Shown piece after piece: positions 1 through 14,475 of a stretch of 64,000 nt of DNA; positions within the stretch are counted from its first letter, which is position 1, and each line of letters opens with the position of its first letter. The notes beneath the pieces are model-generated. The model made no database searches, was not told where the DNA came from, and saw only the letters and a list, made by a program, of their open reading frames with translations. The translations under genes and the position numbers were made by a program. This DNA is from Octopus vulgaris (Eukaryota): positions 116,746,001 through 116,810,000 of the forward strand of contig OX597815.1 in assembly GCA_951406725.2 (NCBI GenBank), written 5' to 3'.

Positions 1-1099
1 CTTTATTGCGTTGGTGTTTTAAAATTGCGCCATTACCACATCGCTTGGGTTTGCCACTGACATATTAGTTAAAGACGGACAAATACTCTAATTTCGGTCG
101 AACAATGATTGTCTTTCATGTGCATACACACATTTTTTGAGTCCTTTAACTTAAAGCCATTCTTTTTTTTGTTGAAGTGGTTGAAGTGAATCTAACGGTT
201 TTGTGTGTTTCTTAAATGGCTTATAAACACCTTCCACGCTGCAATTGTTTTCGTTCCAGCACACGATCTCAGATCAAGTCACTCGCTATGCAAGTACATC
301 TCCGTCATTCTTTTTTTCTAATTCAAGAAAGATCACTGCAATCGCAGAAGGGTTCAATGTGTGTATGTGTGTACCTTAACCTTTTACTCTTTCACTCGTT
401 TCGTTCATGGGCTGAAGTCATGATCGGCATCGCCTTCAAGGGTTTGGTCGATCGTATCGACTCCAGTATTTATTTTTGAAGTTTGGTTCTTATTTTATCG
501 AATACAGTTCCTTGAACAACTAAGTTACAGGACATTCTCGTACATGCTATAAGAAGGCACTCTTACATACATGCAAGAGATTTAGATTTTCAGAGTAAAA
601 CAATGCTTATTTTTAGCAAAGCAAACTATTTTTCTTTATAAAGTTTAATAAATTTTTTTTTATTCTAAGACATCTATCAAATTATCCTATATCAAAGCAT
701 CAACAAGAACAGAAAGCATGGTAACAAGAAAAAATCAGAATGACAGAATGCAACGCCTAAAATAAATGTGAGAAGTTAGCTAATAATTGTATGTGACAGA
801 TGTGAATCTAGTTAGCGAAATCAGTAATAAAATACAAAAGTTGTCACATATGTATGTGTGTATGTATGTATGTATGTATGTATGTATGTATGTATGTATG
901 TATGTATGTATGTATGCATGTATGCATATATGTATGTGTGTGTGTATGCGTGCATGTGTTTGGGTGTGTGTATGTATGTGTGCCTGTTTTTATGCTAAAT
1001 TATAAAAACAATTTTGCATTAAACTGAAGGTTACTCAATATTTTTGTAGAGTACATTTATCTGTCTTTTTCTCTCTCACTCTCTCTTTATTTCTCCCCC

Positions 1100-1133
<34 letters not shown>

Positions 1134-1821
1134 TTGTATACATATATATATGTGTGTGTGTGTGTGCAGGTGGCATGTAAAAAACACCATTTGAGTGTGG
1201 CCATTGCCAGTACCGCCTGACTGGCCCTCGTGCCGCTGGCACATAGAAGCACCCACTCCACTCTCGGAGTGGTTGGCATTAGGAAGGGTATCCAGCTGTA
1301 GGAACTCTGCCTGATCAGGTTGGAGCCTGGTACAGCCATCTGGTTCGCTAGTCCTCAATCAAATCGTCCAACTCATGCTAGTATCGAAAGCGGGCGTTGA
1401 ATGATGATGATGATGATGATGATGATGATATATATACATGTAACGCAAAGCATATGAGTGTGTATGTATACATATATATATCTGTGTGTATGTGTGTGTG
1501 TGTGTATGTGTGTGTGTGTGTGTGTGTGCATATGTGTGTGTGTGTGCATATGTTTACAGTAGAGTGTGAGAAAGTTCCTAGCAAGCCAATTCTCCAATAT
1601 TTGTTTCAACACACAATTTCACATCAGGAATATTGCAAAACAAATACATAAATGTAACTTTTATTATTCTTTAAGAAGAACAATATTGACAGTAACTTCA
1701 AAGTTTCACTCAACTAAGCCATCACTATTCACCCCCAATGATGGTTTAGTCGACAAAATCTTTTAAGTCACTGTCACTATTGATTGGTTTACTGTACATT
1801 TATATTATATTTTATATACAT

Positions 1822-1871
<50 letters not shown>

Positions 1872-2190
1872 GCCATCCACTTGTGACCGAAGAAGACCAT
1901 TGCTGACCTTCAGGAACACTGTGGGCTCTAGGACTAACTTATATTTTGCATTTTTGGCTCCGTTGGTGGCTAATGAGCCCTGCTCTTGACAATCATACAT
2001 GACTGCAGACCAAGCTTTTCCCATTCACTACACCAGCATGCTTAAGTTCTTTATGAAGAATATTTTGCTCTCTTGAAGGTTTCAACCCACTCCTTAACTT
2101 GCTTCCTCCATCTGTGGTGATGACAGGCATTGCTCTCCCAGTCAGTCTCCTGCATATCACATGCCTTTAATGGAGACTTGACACAGCCCT

Positions 2191-2296
<106 letters not shown>

Positions 2297-2300
2297 GGTA

Positions 2301-3915
2301 CAGTTGCGGCCAAAATGTTCAGAACGGCATTGTTTTCGTCAGAAAAGTAAGTATAAGTTTTTATCAAAGTAGTTTTATATTCTATAATTTTCACAGACAA
2401 TAAATACAATATTAATTGTTATTGTCTGAGATTTTGGTGTAATTTGAGAGTAAAATACAAAAGTTATGGATGATTTAGTGATTTACTGCAAAACCCATGG
2501 CGGCCAAAATGATCAGAACGGTTGAAAAAATAACAAAATAATCAAAAATGACAGAGAATACTGGAATTATTTAATATTTAGTGTGAAGCCCTTTAGCTCC
2601 AATCACACTCTGACATCTTCGACTGCATGAGGAAATTAAAATTTTCAATTTCTTGCTGGGTGATCTTATTCCATTCTTCCTGAAGGGCATTCCATAATTG
2701 CTCAGTTGTTTTAGGATTTCTGGCTTTCGAACGTTCTCCTAGAATATTCCATACATTTTCAATAGGATTGAGATCTGGGCTTTGAGCAGGCCAATCCATA
2801 ACAATAACCTTTTCAGCCTTGAGGAAGTTCATGACCACCTTAGCCTTGTGACATGGGGCATTGTCCTTCATAAATATGGGTGGCCGCTTAGTTGAATTTC
2901 TCAGTACAGGCAAGACATGATCTTTTACAAGTTGTTTATAAACTCCTGCATTTACCTTTCCATGTAATCGCTCCAAAGGGCCCACACCATCTCCAGATTT
3001 CATCCCCCAAACCATGACACTTCCTCCACCGAATTTAACACTAGTCTTAAGGCGACAATTTTTCTCCTACTTTTCTACGAACGTACCTTTCCCCATCTGA
3101 GCCAAATAACATAAACTTAGATTCATCACTGAAATGCACCGTTTGCCATTTTTCTTGAGACCACAACACATGTTCGTTTGCAAAGGTAAGACGACACTTT
3201 TTATTCTTGGAGCTGATCAGTGGCTTCACTGCAGGTGCTCTTGCTTGTAGGTCATGTTCAACTAAACGATAAGACACAGTTTTTCGAGATAAAGTTTTCT
3301 TCAATACAATGCTCATTTTCCGAGCAGCAGCAGTTTTAAATCTGTCCTTTTTAACCAACTTTACCATAGCACGATCTTCTCTCTTGGTCGTTTTTCTTGG
3401 CCTACCTGTAATCTTTCTTGCTTCACACGAACCACAATCATCGTAGACCTTAAGAATACCGTGTACAACACTTTTTGACTTGTTACAATCTTTGCAATAG
3501 ACCCAATACTTAAATTATCCTTCCTTCGAAGCTTAATAATCTGCTGACGAATTGGTAATGGAGTAAGTGGCATTATATTAACAAAGAACACTGCAAATAT
3601 TCTTACTAATGTTTAGTAAACGAACCGTCACGTAAACAAATTCAAAACATTAGAGTTCGCCGGTTAAATATACTAAAACACGGAGTAAAAGCAACTGTTC
3701 TGATCATTTTGGCCGCCATGGGTTTTGCAGTAAATCACTAAATCATCCATAACTTTTGTATTATCCTCTCAAATTACACCAAAATCTCAGGCAATAACAA
3801 ATAACATCGTATTTATTGTCTGTGAAAATTATAGAATATAAAACAACTTTGATAAAAAATTATATCTACTTTTCTGACGAAAACAATGCCGTTCTGAACA
3901 TTTTGGCCGCCACTG
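2301..3915 (-). mobile_element. Full-length Tc1-family DNA transposon with long IR/DR terminal repeats
   Basis: TA on both sides (2299-2300, 3916-3917); ends CAGTTGCGGCCAAAATG...CATTTTGGCCGCCACTG; about 224-bp TIRs (2301-2524, 3692-3915), each with outer and inner GCGGCCAAAATG(T/A)TCAGAAC repeats. Confidence 0.95.
2571..3573 (-). pseudogene. Tc1 DD34E transposase, frameshifted
   Basis: GRPRK motif, VHFSDESKF, KFGGGSVMVWG, DNAPCH-(34 aa)-SPDLNPIE; frameshifts near 3484, 3050 and 2642; reconstructed end ...GAKGLHTKY*. Confidence 0.92.
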
Positions 3916-4156
3916 TATATCAAAATAAGCAACAAGGATATCCAGAGGTAATGCAGTACAATCGTTTCATGCAACTCCATTTAATTGAACAATGCAATCA
4001 TTACATCAATTTAAAATGTAGAGCAATCTTCAGGTGCACAAAGACAATAGAATTTAATTAGATTAGAACAGATGGGCACATTAGTATAATTATACTTAAA
4101 ATCTCCAAGAATAACAGGAGATAGGCAAAGAACATGTTGTACCTATAACAGTATAG

Positions 4157-4199
<43 letters not shown>

Positions 4200-4737
4200 G
4201 TGTTATGCTGTGCTTGTGAAGACCCATCAAGGCAAGCGAAATTGTAGTCATGACCGATTCTGGTGTCACATAACTGGTATCCATTCCAGTGGCATATAAA
4301 AAGCATCTTTCAAGCTATGGGCCTCACAGAGGTAATGTCAAATGACCAAGACCTTTGGCAATATGTTTTAATTAAGAAGAAGACCCATCAAGCCAAGTAA
4401 ATCACAGTCGTGGCAGATACTGGTGTCATGCAAATTCCACCTGTGCAGGTGGCATGTAAAAGCACCCATTACGCTCTTGGAGTGGTTGGTGTTAGGAAGG
4501 GCATCCAGCCATAGAAACTATGCCAAATCAGACTTGAGTCTGGTGCAGCCCTTCAGCTAAGCAGCCCTGGTCATACCATCCAACTTGTGCTAGCATGGAC
4601 GATAGATGTTAAATGATGATGATAATGATGATATATATAATATAAATATATAGTAAACCAATTATGACTACCAGAAACAGCTGTAAGTCATATTTACTAC
4701 AATAAAAGAATATGTAATGATCAATATTTATACCTTG

Positions 4738-4785
<48 letters not shown>

Positions 4786-5073
4786 TATAATTGAGGGTAA
4801 AATTAATTAGTTATTAATCAATTTCACCAAGTAGTGTTCAGTATGTAATAGGACCATTTAAGGTGTATTCAAAATATTACATTATATAATTAGGAGTTAG
4901 TAAAATAAATTACTTTGCCACATACTGAACTTTCTAGAAATAGCAGCCAGGGAGAATTTTTCTTAAAGTAGTGGAAATGGGTAAAAAACTTTTTGGCTGC
5001 TATTTCTAGAAAGTTCAGTATGTGGCGAAGTAATTTATTTTACTAAGCCTTAATTATATAATGAAATATTTTG

Positions 5074-5121
<48 letters not shown>

Positions 5122-5123
<2 letters not shown>

Positions 5124-5312
5124 CGCAGGAGTGGCTGTGTGGTAAGTAACTTGCTTATGAACCACATGGTTCCGGGTTCAGTCCCACTGTGTGGCAGCTT
5201 GTGCAAGTGTCTTCTACTATAGCCTTGGGCTGACCAAAGCCTTGTGAGTGGATTTGGTAGACGGAAACTGAAAGAAGCCCTTCGTATATATGTATATATA
5301 TATATATGTATG

Positions 5313-5343
<31 letters not shown>

Positions 5344-5545
5344 ATATGTTTGTGTGTCTGTGTTTGTCACCCCAACATCGCTTGACAACCGATGCTGGTG
5401 TGGTTACATCTTCGTAACTTCACAGTTCGGCAAAGGAGACCAATAGAATAAATACTAGGCTTACAAAGAATAAGCCCTGGGATCTAATTGTCAACTAAAA
5501 AGGCATTAGTCCTGCATAGCCGCAGTCATATGACTGAAAAAATTA
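5122..5545 (+). mobile_element. tRNA-headed SINE, family A (representative copy)
   Basis: A-box TGGCTGTGTGGT, B-box GGTTCAGTCCC, internal microsatellite; copies at about 11795-12188(-), 14278-14680, 18480-18870(-), 26160-26570, 38890-39045, 53768-54190, 62355-62765. Confidence 0.85.
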
Positions 5546-5583
5546 AAAGGATAAAAGGATAAGGATGTAGATAGGTAGGTAAG

Positions 5584-5702
<119 letters not shown>

Positions 5703-6022
5703 AATTTATAATTTTGGGAGTTGTTAGAATTAGATTTTTTAAAAACTAAACCATCTGTTTGAAGTTGAATCAGCAAAAAAGTAAACCGGATTACATGTAC
5801 ATTTATACATTTGATCGTCTGTTTGTTCTTTATCATTTTCTTTATCATACATCGTTGTTATAATATCATTCTGATATCAAAGGTACCCCACAGTTAGGTT
5901 TATTTAGATGTAGGCTCTTATCAACAAAAGAGGCATGCATTAACCCAATAACACCAACATCATGCAAATATGAATTATATGAGTGTGTGTGTGTGTGTGT
6001 ATATATTCATATACATATATAT

Positions 6023-6128
<106 letters not shown>

Positions 6129-7010
6129 TTGTATAGTTGTGTGTGTATTTACAGCAGAGTGTCAGAAAGGTCCCAGCAAGCCAGCTTTTCAACAATGACT
6201 TGATTCTCATTTGAGTCATTTCGCATCACTCTATCTTCTTTTAACTTCCGACAGAAGTAAAATAAGTTGGAGGTTGATTGTCTCTTCCAAAATGACTTAC
6301 CATCATTGAAGAGAAATCTTCAGGGATAACCCAGCTTATTTTTAAGCCTAATGAGTATTTTGGCACTTTACATTTATGTATATATGTATGTGTCTATGTA
6401 TGTGTATAATCAAACGGACGCCAAAGAGACTGGCATTGGTCTGTGTCTGTAAAATTTGTATTTTTTAGTAAAATCAACAAAAGGAGTACAGTGAATTTGC
6501 CATGGGGAGTAGGAAAATCTCACATTTCATACAGAGTCCTTCTTCAGAGTGAAGTTGACGGGAGTGAAATTAAATTTAATTGTTTCTTTTCCCTGAAGAA
6601 GAATTCTGTCCAAAATAGTAGCTTTTCCTCTTCCCATACCAAGTTAACTGTACTCTTTTTTTACCAAATTTACTATGTATATATATTGCTACTGTCTTTG
6701 AAGACTCATATTGTCGTTTGAATGCTCGAAATGAGGAGTAGATAGACAGGTGATAACTGATGAAGGGACCTTTTCCTGTGTTAATTTGTCCAGTTTTCCA
6801 TTTTTTCTCGTTGTTTACGTATTTCACTCGTTTTGTCCTGTAATTACTGTCCACATCTTGTACCTATCTCTTGTGTGTATGTTACTTGCACTGTTGGTGA
6901 CATCCTGTACCCATATATGCATGTGTATGTATGTATGTATATATATATATATCTTTATATATATATTATATTATTTATTTATATATATATGTATATTATC
7001 ATCATTCATC

Positions 7011-7048
<38 letters not shown>

Positions 7049-7339
7049 TTAATGTTCATTTTCCATGCTGGCATAGGTTGGACTGTTTAACCAGACCTGG
7101 CAAGCAGAAGAGCTGCACCAAGTTCCAGTCTGATTTGGCTTGGTTTCTTCAGTTAAGCACCCTTCCTAATGCCAACCACTTTATAGTGGGTGATGGATGC
7201 TTTAACATTGTGCCAGTACAAGTGCTTCTATGTGATGCTGGCATGAATGTTTTTTATGAGGGCTCTTGTAGGCCAGTCCTCTTCACTAGAGAAAATGGCC
7301 TAAATACTTCTGCAGTGGAGGACAGATCTTCATGAATAC

Positions 7340-7580
7340 AGCAAGGCACCGGGTATCTTGGTTCTTTGTCATCTAAAAGGTTCAGCATCCTGAGGTCAAC
7401 CTTAAGTATTTCCTCCCCTGTCTTCCTGGGTCTCTCTCTTCCACAAGTTCTATCAAAATTGAGAAATCAGCATGTCTTTATGGAGCTGTCAGCATCCATC
7501 GACATCACATGACCAAGCCAACATAGTCTTCTGTCTTGCACACTGCACCTAATTCCTCTTATTCCCAACTTCTGTTTCAG
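7340..7580 (-). mobile_element. RTE-like LINE ORF C-terminal fragment
   Basis: Minus strand reads IRCSVQDRRLCWLGHVMSMDADSSIK, followed after a frameshift by RERPRKT; similar to the 22250-22620 segment. Confidence 0.65.
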
Positions 7581-8710
7581 TAATCTGAGCCTGAATGAGC
7601 TAGGTTTCTGTTAGAAGCCAGCAGAAATGTGCATCTAGCATTCTCACCATCCTGTTGGATGATTTTCATCTGCTTATGATATATTTGTGTTTTAAAACAT
7701 GGTATGTCTATAAAGAATATTATCTCTTGACGAATACCACAGTTAATTTGCCTCTTTGTGATTTATATACATTTAATATGATACATAGATGGCTATTTTA
7801 ATCTAATACTGCTTCTGTTGCACATAATGAATATGTGTGTATGTGTGTGTGTATGTATGTGTATGTGTGTGTGTGTCTGTGTGTGTGTATAGTAGAATGA
7901 GAAATAGAAAGTCCTTGGTACCGTATTATATATTTGAAAAACATGAATAGAAATTGCTTCCTTTTAACTTATATGCATCTAATTATTAAAGTGGAAAAAT
8001 TATCAGAAAAGCCATATCCATTTTTTTCAAATATATATATATCATATTAGGAGAAAGTCTCTTTTTTTGAGCTTTATAATTTAAAATTCCTTTGTATTGT
8101 TTTTCATTAAAAAATTTCAACCTCATAATATCATACAAATAAATTAATTATACATCCATAATTCTCCATTTTCTTTTGTTCGTTTATATAATTTTGTGAT
8201 GCCTCAATATATTCACCTAAAAGTGAATATATGTGTATGATTACAGATGTTTGTATGCATGTGTGTGTGTGTGTGTGTGTGTTTATGTATGAACACATGC
8301 ATGTGGCTGAATATATACATATATACATTATTTGGGTAGCTACAGAGGTGAGTTCTTGTACATACATATGAAACTTTACAATAGCACCAGCCATAAGCAT
8401 AACATGACATTGTTAGGCTTTCTAAACAGTGACATCCAATGCCTGAGGCTGTTGTTTTTGTAAGGCTTCAGCTGTGCATCTGGCTTGTGGCTCATACATT
8501 TTTGGTATAAAAATAGCTTCTAATGTTTTCCATCAGTGTTGAAAATTTTATATGGATTTTAGTGCTATTTTGTAGTGTTCACCCATATATCTAAATCTGC
8601 TTTCTCTCTCTTCACACACATACACATACACATATATATATGCATGTATATTTTATATACATGTATGCGTGTATGTATATGTGTGTATAGATAGACAGAT
8701 AGATAAATAG

Positions 8711-8858
<148 letters not shown>

Positions 8859-10997
8859 ATATCATCATAATCATCATTATCATCGTTTACCATCCACTTC
8901 CCATGTTGGTATGGGTTGGATGGTTTGACTGAAGTCTGGTAAGCCAGGAGGTTGCACCAGGCTCCATTCTGATCTGGCAAGGTTTCTACAGCTGGATGCC
9001 CTTCCTAATGCCAACCACTCCATAAGTGTATGTAGTGGGTACGCTTTTTATGTGCCACTGGCATGGGGACCAGTCAGGCAGCTCTGGCATTGACCATGCT
9101 CAAATGGTACTTTTTACATGTCACCAGCATGGGAGCCAGTTGGGGCGGCACTGGCACCAACCATGCTCGAATGGTGCTTTTTAAGGGCCACTGGAATGAG
9201 AGCCTGTTAGGTGGCACTGGCACCGACCATGCTCGAATGGTGCGTTTTACATGCACAGGTGCCAGTTGGGCGGCACTGGTATTGGCCACGAATAACACAT
9301 TTATTGGGAGTTACATGTGTGGATCAAACAGTTTGATTCAAATTCCTTGGTACTCCAAGTTTCAAGTATGATGATCGTCTTTAGCCATTGGAATTAGAAT
9401 GAGATGTCGACAGGAAAAAGTCACTGTTAATTACTGGACATTAGTCTGTTATTGGTCAAGAAAGGTGACAAGGTGTCACAGTTTCATGTTAGTATTTCAG
9501 TGACAATTATTTGGAAAATGCCACATGATGAACAGGTAATCGACCACATGGTGTACAGGTCACCTAGTTGGGAGGAAAGTAGGAAGGGGTGGTAAATGTG
9601 CAAGCATATATGCATATATGTATGTGTACATGTGCTTACGTATATCTATGTGTGTGTGTCTGTATTTATGTGAGTTTATGTGTGTGCATTGGTGTGCATT
9701 CACACATCTGTGCACACACATACACACAAATGCACACACAAGGATATGTGTGTGCATATGTGTGCATGCACACACACACACACATGAAAAATAACATATG
9801 GATTGTGGTTCACTACAGATGTTTCAGACATGTCTTTTATTGATGAACAGAAGGGAATACAAGTGAGAATTAAATATTTTGACTCTCTGACCAAATTTGG
9901 GTCGGCAGAGTCAAATGTCACTTTGTTCTTGAGACATTCAAAATATTTAATTCATACCTGTATTCACCTGGCGAAAACTGTTTGTTTGCATGATGTAACA
10001 CTTCTGTTCATCAATAAAAAAAAACACATTTGAAACAACTGCAGTGAACCACAATCCATCTGTTGCTATTTGTTTATCCCTCCTCTAACTCAGAACCTGC
10101 AATTTGTTTGGATCTCGAGTCTATTGAGTGTGGTGCGATAGGTGCAGTGAGAGTATACCCATATGTGACCTTGATGACTCATGTATTCAGTTGGCCATTT
10201 GTTATTGTACAAACAACAGGGATACAAATCCATGTCCACTTTAGTAAGCACATACACATTTATTTGTCCTTAAATGTTGTTTGTACACAATAACACTGTC
10301 ACCGACCTGACCTTGGTGCTTTCACTATTTAAGTACCTGATTGTCTTGAATCCTGGAAATTTATATGCATATGCATTATATGCATGTGTATTTATTTATT
10401 TATATTTATTTATTTAACTCTTCCCTTCTACCTTCCTAACCTCTGCTGCTAACGGTATTTCCCTGTTGTTTTACTATACTCTTATACTCTAACCATGTTG
10501 CCTGAGATACACCAGCACATTATATCTATGTGTGTGTTTGTGTGTATTTATAAGAAATTTATGCATCATCTCAGCTCCCTACTGCAGCTATGATAAAGTT
10601 TTGGTCAGTTCTTAATATATTCATCCATTTCACCATAAATGGTTACTTTTGTAACTGAAGTTTACTTCTCTAAGCCAAACGAATCTCATAAACATTTTTT
10701 TTTTAGTGTTCTTTGTATACTTGCACTACTGAGTTCAAATCCTACTATGGCTGTAGTTTAGAGGTGGATGAATTCCACTGAGTTGATATACAGGAAATGT
10801 ATTGCATAAAGCCTTCATCTTCCTTGGAGTTCCTGGAAAAAATGCAAATGTTTCAGGAAAATTTCCATTTATGTATGTATCTGTCTGTGTATATGTAGAT
10901 ATATGTATGTGAGTCTATGTGCATATAAATTTGAATAACTGAAATCTAAATGTGTGTGTGTGCACACGCACACACACACACATATGTATGTACACAC

Positions 10998-11055
<58 letters not shown>

Positions 11056-11153
11056 GTGTGTGTGTATAACTGAACTATGCATGCATATGTGCACACAAAC
11101 ACACACACATATATGTATGTGTGTGTGCAGAGTGAGAGGGAGAGAGTGAGAGA

Positions 11154-11237
<84 letters not shown>

Positions 11238-14200
11238 AGTCTGAATAACTGAAGACAATGTGTATATATACATATATGTCTGAATAACTGAACAAGCATG
11301 GGAAATGGATTAAAGAAAAATAAAACAGCATGCTAAAATTGTGCAGTGAAGAGGATAGAGGCGTATGTTGTTAGTTAGGTATGCAGCAAGTCACTTTGTT
11401 AGATAATCAAATCTAGCCTGCACCAAGATTTGAAAAAGCTCTGCTAGACAGAATGCATCTCTGTGATATAACATATCAGAGCTGAAATGTATTTTTACCT
11501 GTTTGTATTTAAAAATGGCATTTGTCGAAATAATTCTTTCTGCTATTGGCACAAGGCCTGAAAAGTGGGAAGTTGATAACACTGACCTCAGTGTTCAACT
11601 GGTACTTATCACCCCTGAATTGATGAAAAGCAAAGTTGATGTTGAGGAATTTTAACTCACAATGTAAAAACAGAAGAAATGCCACAAAGTATTTTTTCAG
11701 CCTACTAACACATCTGCCTGGATGTTTATCAAAATAATTCTTCAAGAAAACAATGACATAAAGCATAATACTCACCTCGATCATTCTTTATGAGTGTATT
11801 CTTTTACAGGTTTCAGTCATTTGACTGCAGCCATGCTGGAGCACCGCCTATAGTTGAATGAATCAACCCCCAGGACTTATTCTTTGTAAACCTAGTACTT
11901 GTTCTATCAGTCTGTTTGGTCGAACTGCTAAGTTATGGGTACATAAACACTTCAACATCAGTTGTCAAGCAATGATGGGTGGACAAACACAGACCCACAA
12001 ACATCTACATATACATATATATTCGATGGGCTTCTTTCAGTTTCTGTCTACCAAATCCTCTCACAAGGCTTTGGTCAGCCCAAGGCTATAGCAGAAGACA
12101 CTTGCCCAAGGTGCCACGTAGTGGGACTGAACCCTGAACCATGTGGTTGGTAAGCAAGTTACTTACCACACAGCCACTCCTACACCTGGATATATTATCT
12201 TAATATATTTCTGAATATATTATCTTAATATGTTTCTGATATTATTTACAGCTAGGCTAACGAAGGGTATTATTTTAACGTTTATTTTATTGTAGTTGCT
12301 TCTTAAGTATTTATACTCAAGTATAGAAATTAATTCTGAAGTTCTACTTGTCTACCAAGTGACATGATCTGAGACTGTGCTGAAACAATTACATCATGGA
12401 AGAGCCATTCTAGTAAATTAAGAAGCACATAAAATAGTTGAATTTACTTTGAATGTATTATTTTGTAATGTGTTGAGATTTTTGTTGCCCAACTTTGACC
12501 TGGTCACTGACTCAGTCACTTTGTAACTGTAATCTCCAAAACCATCATATTTCACTAACATCCCCCATTGTTAAGGTTAATTACTTCTACTACTAATCCT
12601 TTCATGCCACACACCATAGAAAAAAGACAGTGAGAAAGCGAAAGAGAGAACAGCTCAGTTAAAGGAGTTAACATGTTAGTTACAGTGTCTAGTCTATAGG
12701 CCCAAGATCAAATACTCTGACAGGAGAATGTACTAGATTAATTTTCACAGTATTGTTAATTCTATTAAAATAATATCTTGTATTCTAAATTATTATTTTA
12801 CTATTGATGTAAGTAACATTCAGGAAACCTTTCATTGTACTTATCAAATAAATAAATCATCATCATCATTTAACGTCCATTGTCCATGCTGGTATGGGTT
12901 GGACGGTTTGACTGGGGTTGGCAAGCTGAAAGGCTGCATCAGGCTCAAGTCTAATTTGGCACGGTTTCTATGGCTGGATTTCATTCCTAACACTAACCAC
13001 TCTGAAAGTGTAGTGGGTGCTTTTACGTGCCACCAGCACAGGTGCCATTTGCATGACACTGGTATCTTCCACGACTGCGATTTTGCTTGGCTTGATGGGT
13101 TTTCTTCTCAAGCACAACATAATGCCAAAGATCTCGGTCATTGCCTCTGTGAGGCATAACACTCGAAAGGAGCCTATTATTAAATAAAATTGAAATTAGC
13201 CTATAGTTGCATGAAACAACATTTTTACTTCAATTTCCAATTCAACTTCTGTTGAATTTCCTTTTTGTTTTTGTTTTTTTAATAATATCTATTTTGAGGT
13301 ATCTACCAACAGGAAATACAAAATTATAAAAATAAACCCTGAGCTGTTTATTACATATGCAAGAATTTAGATATTTTTAATATTTGCTGTATTAATATTC
13401 ACTACAAGTTGCCAGAATCATTTCTGTGCCAGGAAAAATGCTTAGTGGCATTTTTTTTTACTTTCCATCCTGAGTTCAAATGCCAGTGGGATTGAGTTTG
13501 CCTTTCATCCTTTCAGGGTTGGTGAAATCAGTACCAGTTGATCATTTGGGTCAATGTAATCACCTTACCCACTACCCCAAAATTACTGGTCCTGTGCCAA
13601 AATTTGAAACCAATATTCATTGTATCTATCCTCTAAATATCGTAGTTGATATCATTATCCATCTTTCTAAGATATTAATAAAGTAACATCAAAATAACAG
13701 ATATTTCCTAAGTTTTTAAGATTTTGATAAATATCTTAAATCTATTAGGAAAAACAATTAACATTCTTATAAATTATGTTCTGACTCCAAAAGTGAATAT
13801 TTTTATATTACTAACTAGTTCCTATATCAAATATTTATAAACTATATACCTATATTAATTAACCCTCTGGAATAAAATCTTAGTTGGAAATGTAATATCA
13901 CTAAAATTAAAGATTATTGCAACATTAAAAACCAAATTTCATTTAGCAAATTCACTTATGTCTGTTTTTCATATTTTACAATTTGATTCATTATTGTTTT
14001 ATTGTAGAACGCTTCAGTAAAATTATGCAAACTGACTTTCTGTTGATCTGAGCCAACTGTCTTCTCTCTGTTATGAGCACACATCTTCAGTTGTTATTGT
14101 TGTTTAACAATAAATCTTTGGCTGAATTTCAGAAGAAAAATTTCAAACATGATTGCACAGTTTAGAATCAGGAGTTCAAAAAGTAAACCTCTCACAGACA

Positions 14201-14431
14201 AAAGTCTTTGTTGAGTGAGAAAGATGACCCAACTAAATATGCAGAAAATATGGTGGTAGGAATTTTATTCTAGAGGCATAGGCATGGTTGGGTTGTAAGA
14301 AATTTGCTTCCCAACCTCATGATTTCAGGTTCAGTCACACTGTGTGACATATGGGTAAATGTCTTCTACTGTAGCCCTTGGCTGATCAAAGCCTAATGAG
14401 TGGATTTGGTTGATGGAAGCTGAAAAGAAGC

Positions 14432-14475
<44 letters not shown>

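Noticed and set aside
176-303. Sequence repeated at about 47569-47692 as a possible long-range duplication or LTR pair
   Set aside because: Only about 125 bp, no LTR termini or internal retroviral genes; best explained as a dispersed repeat end
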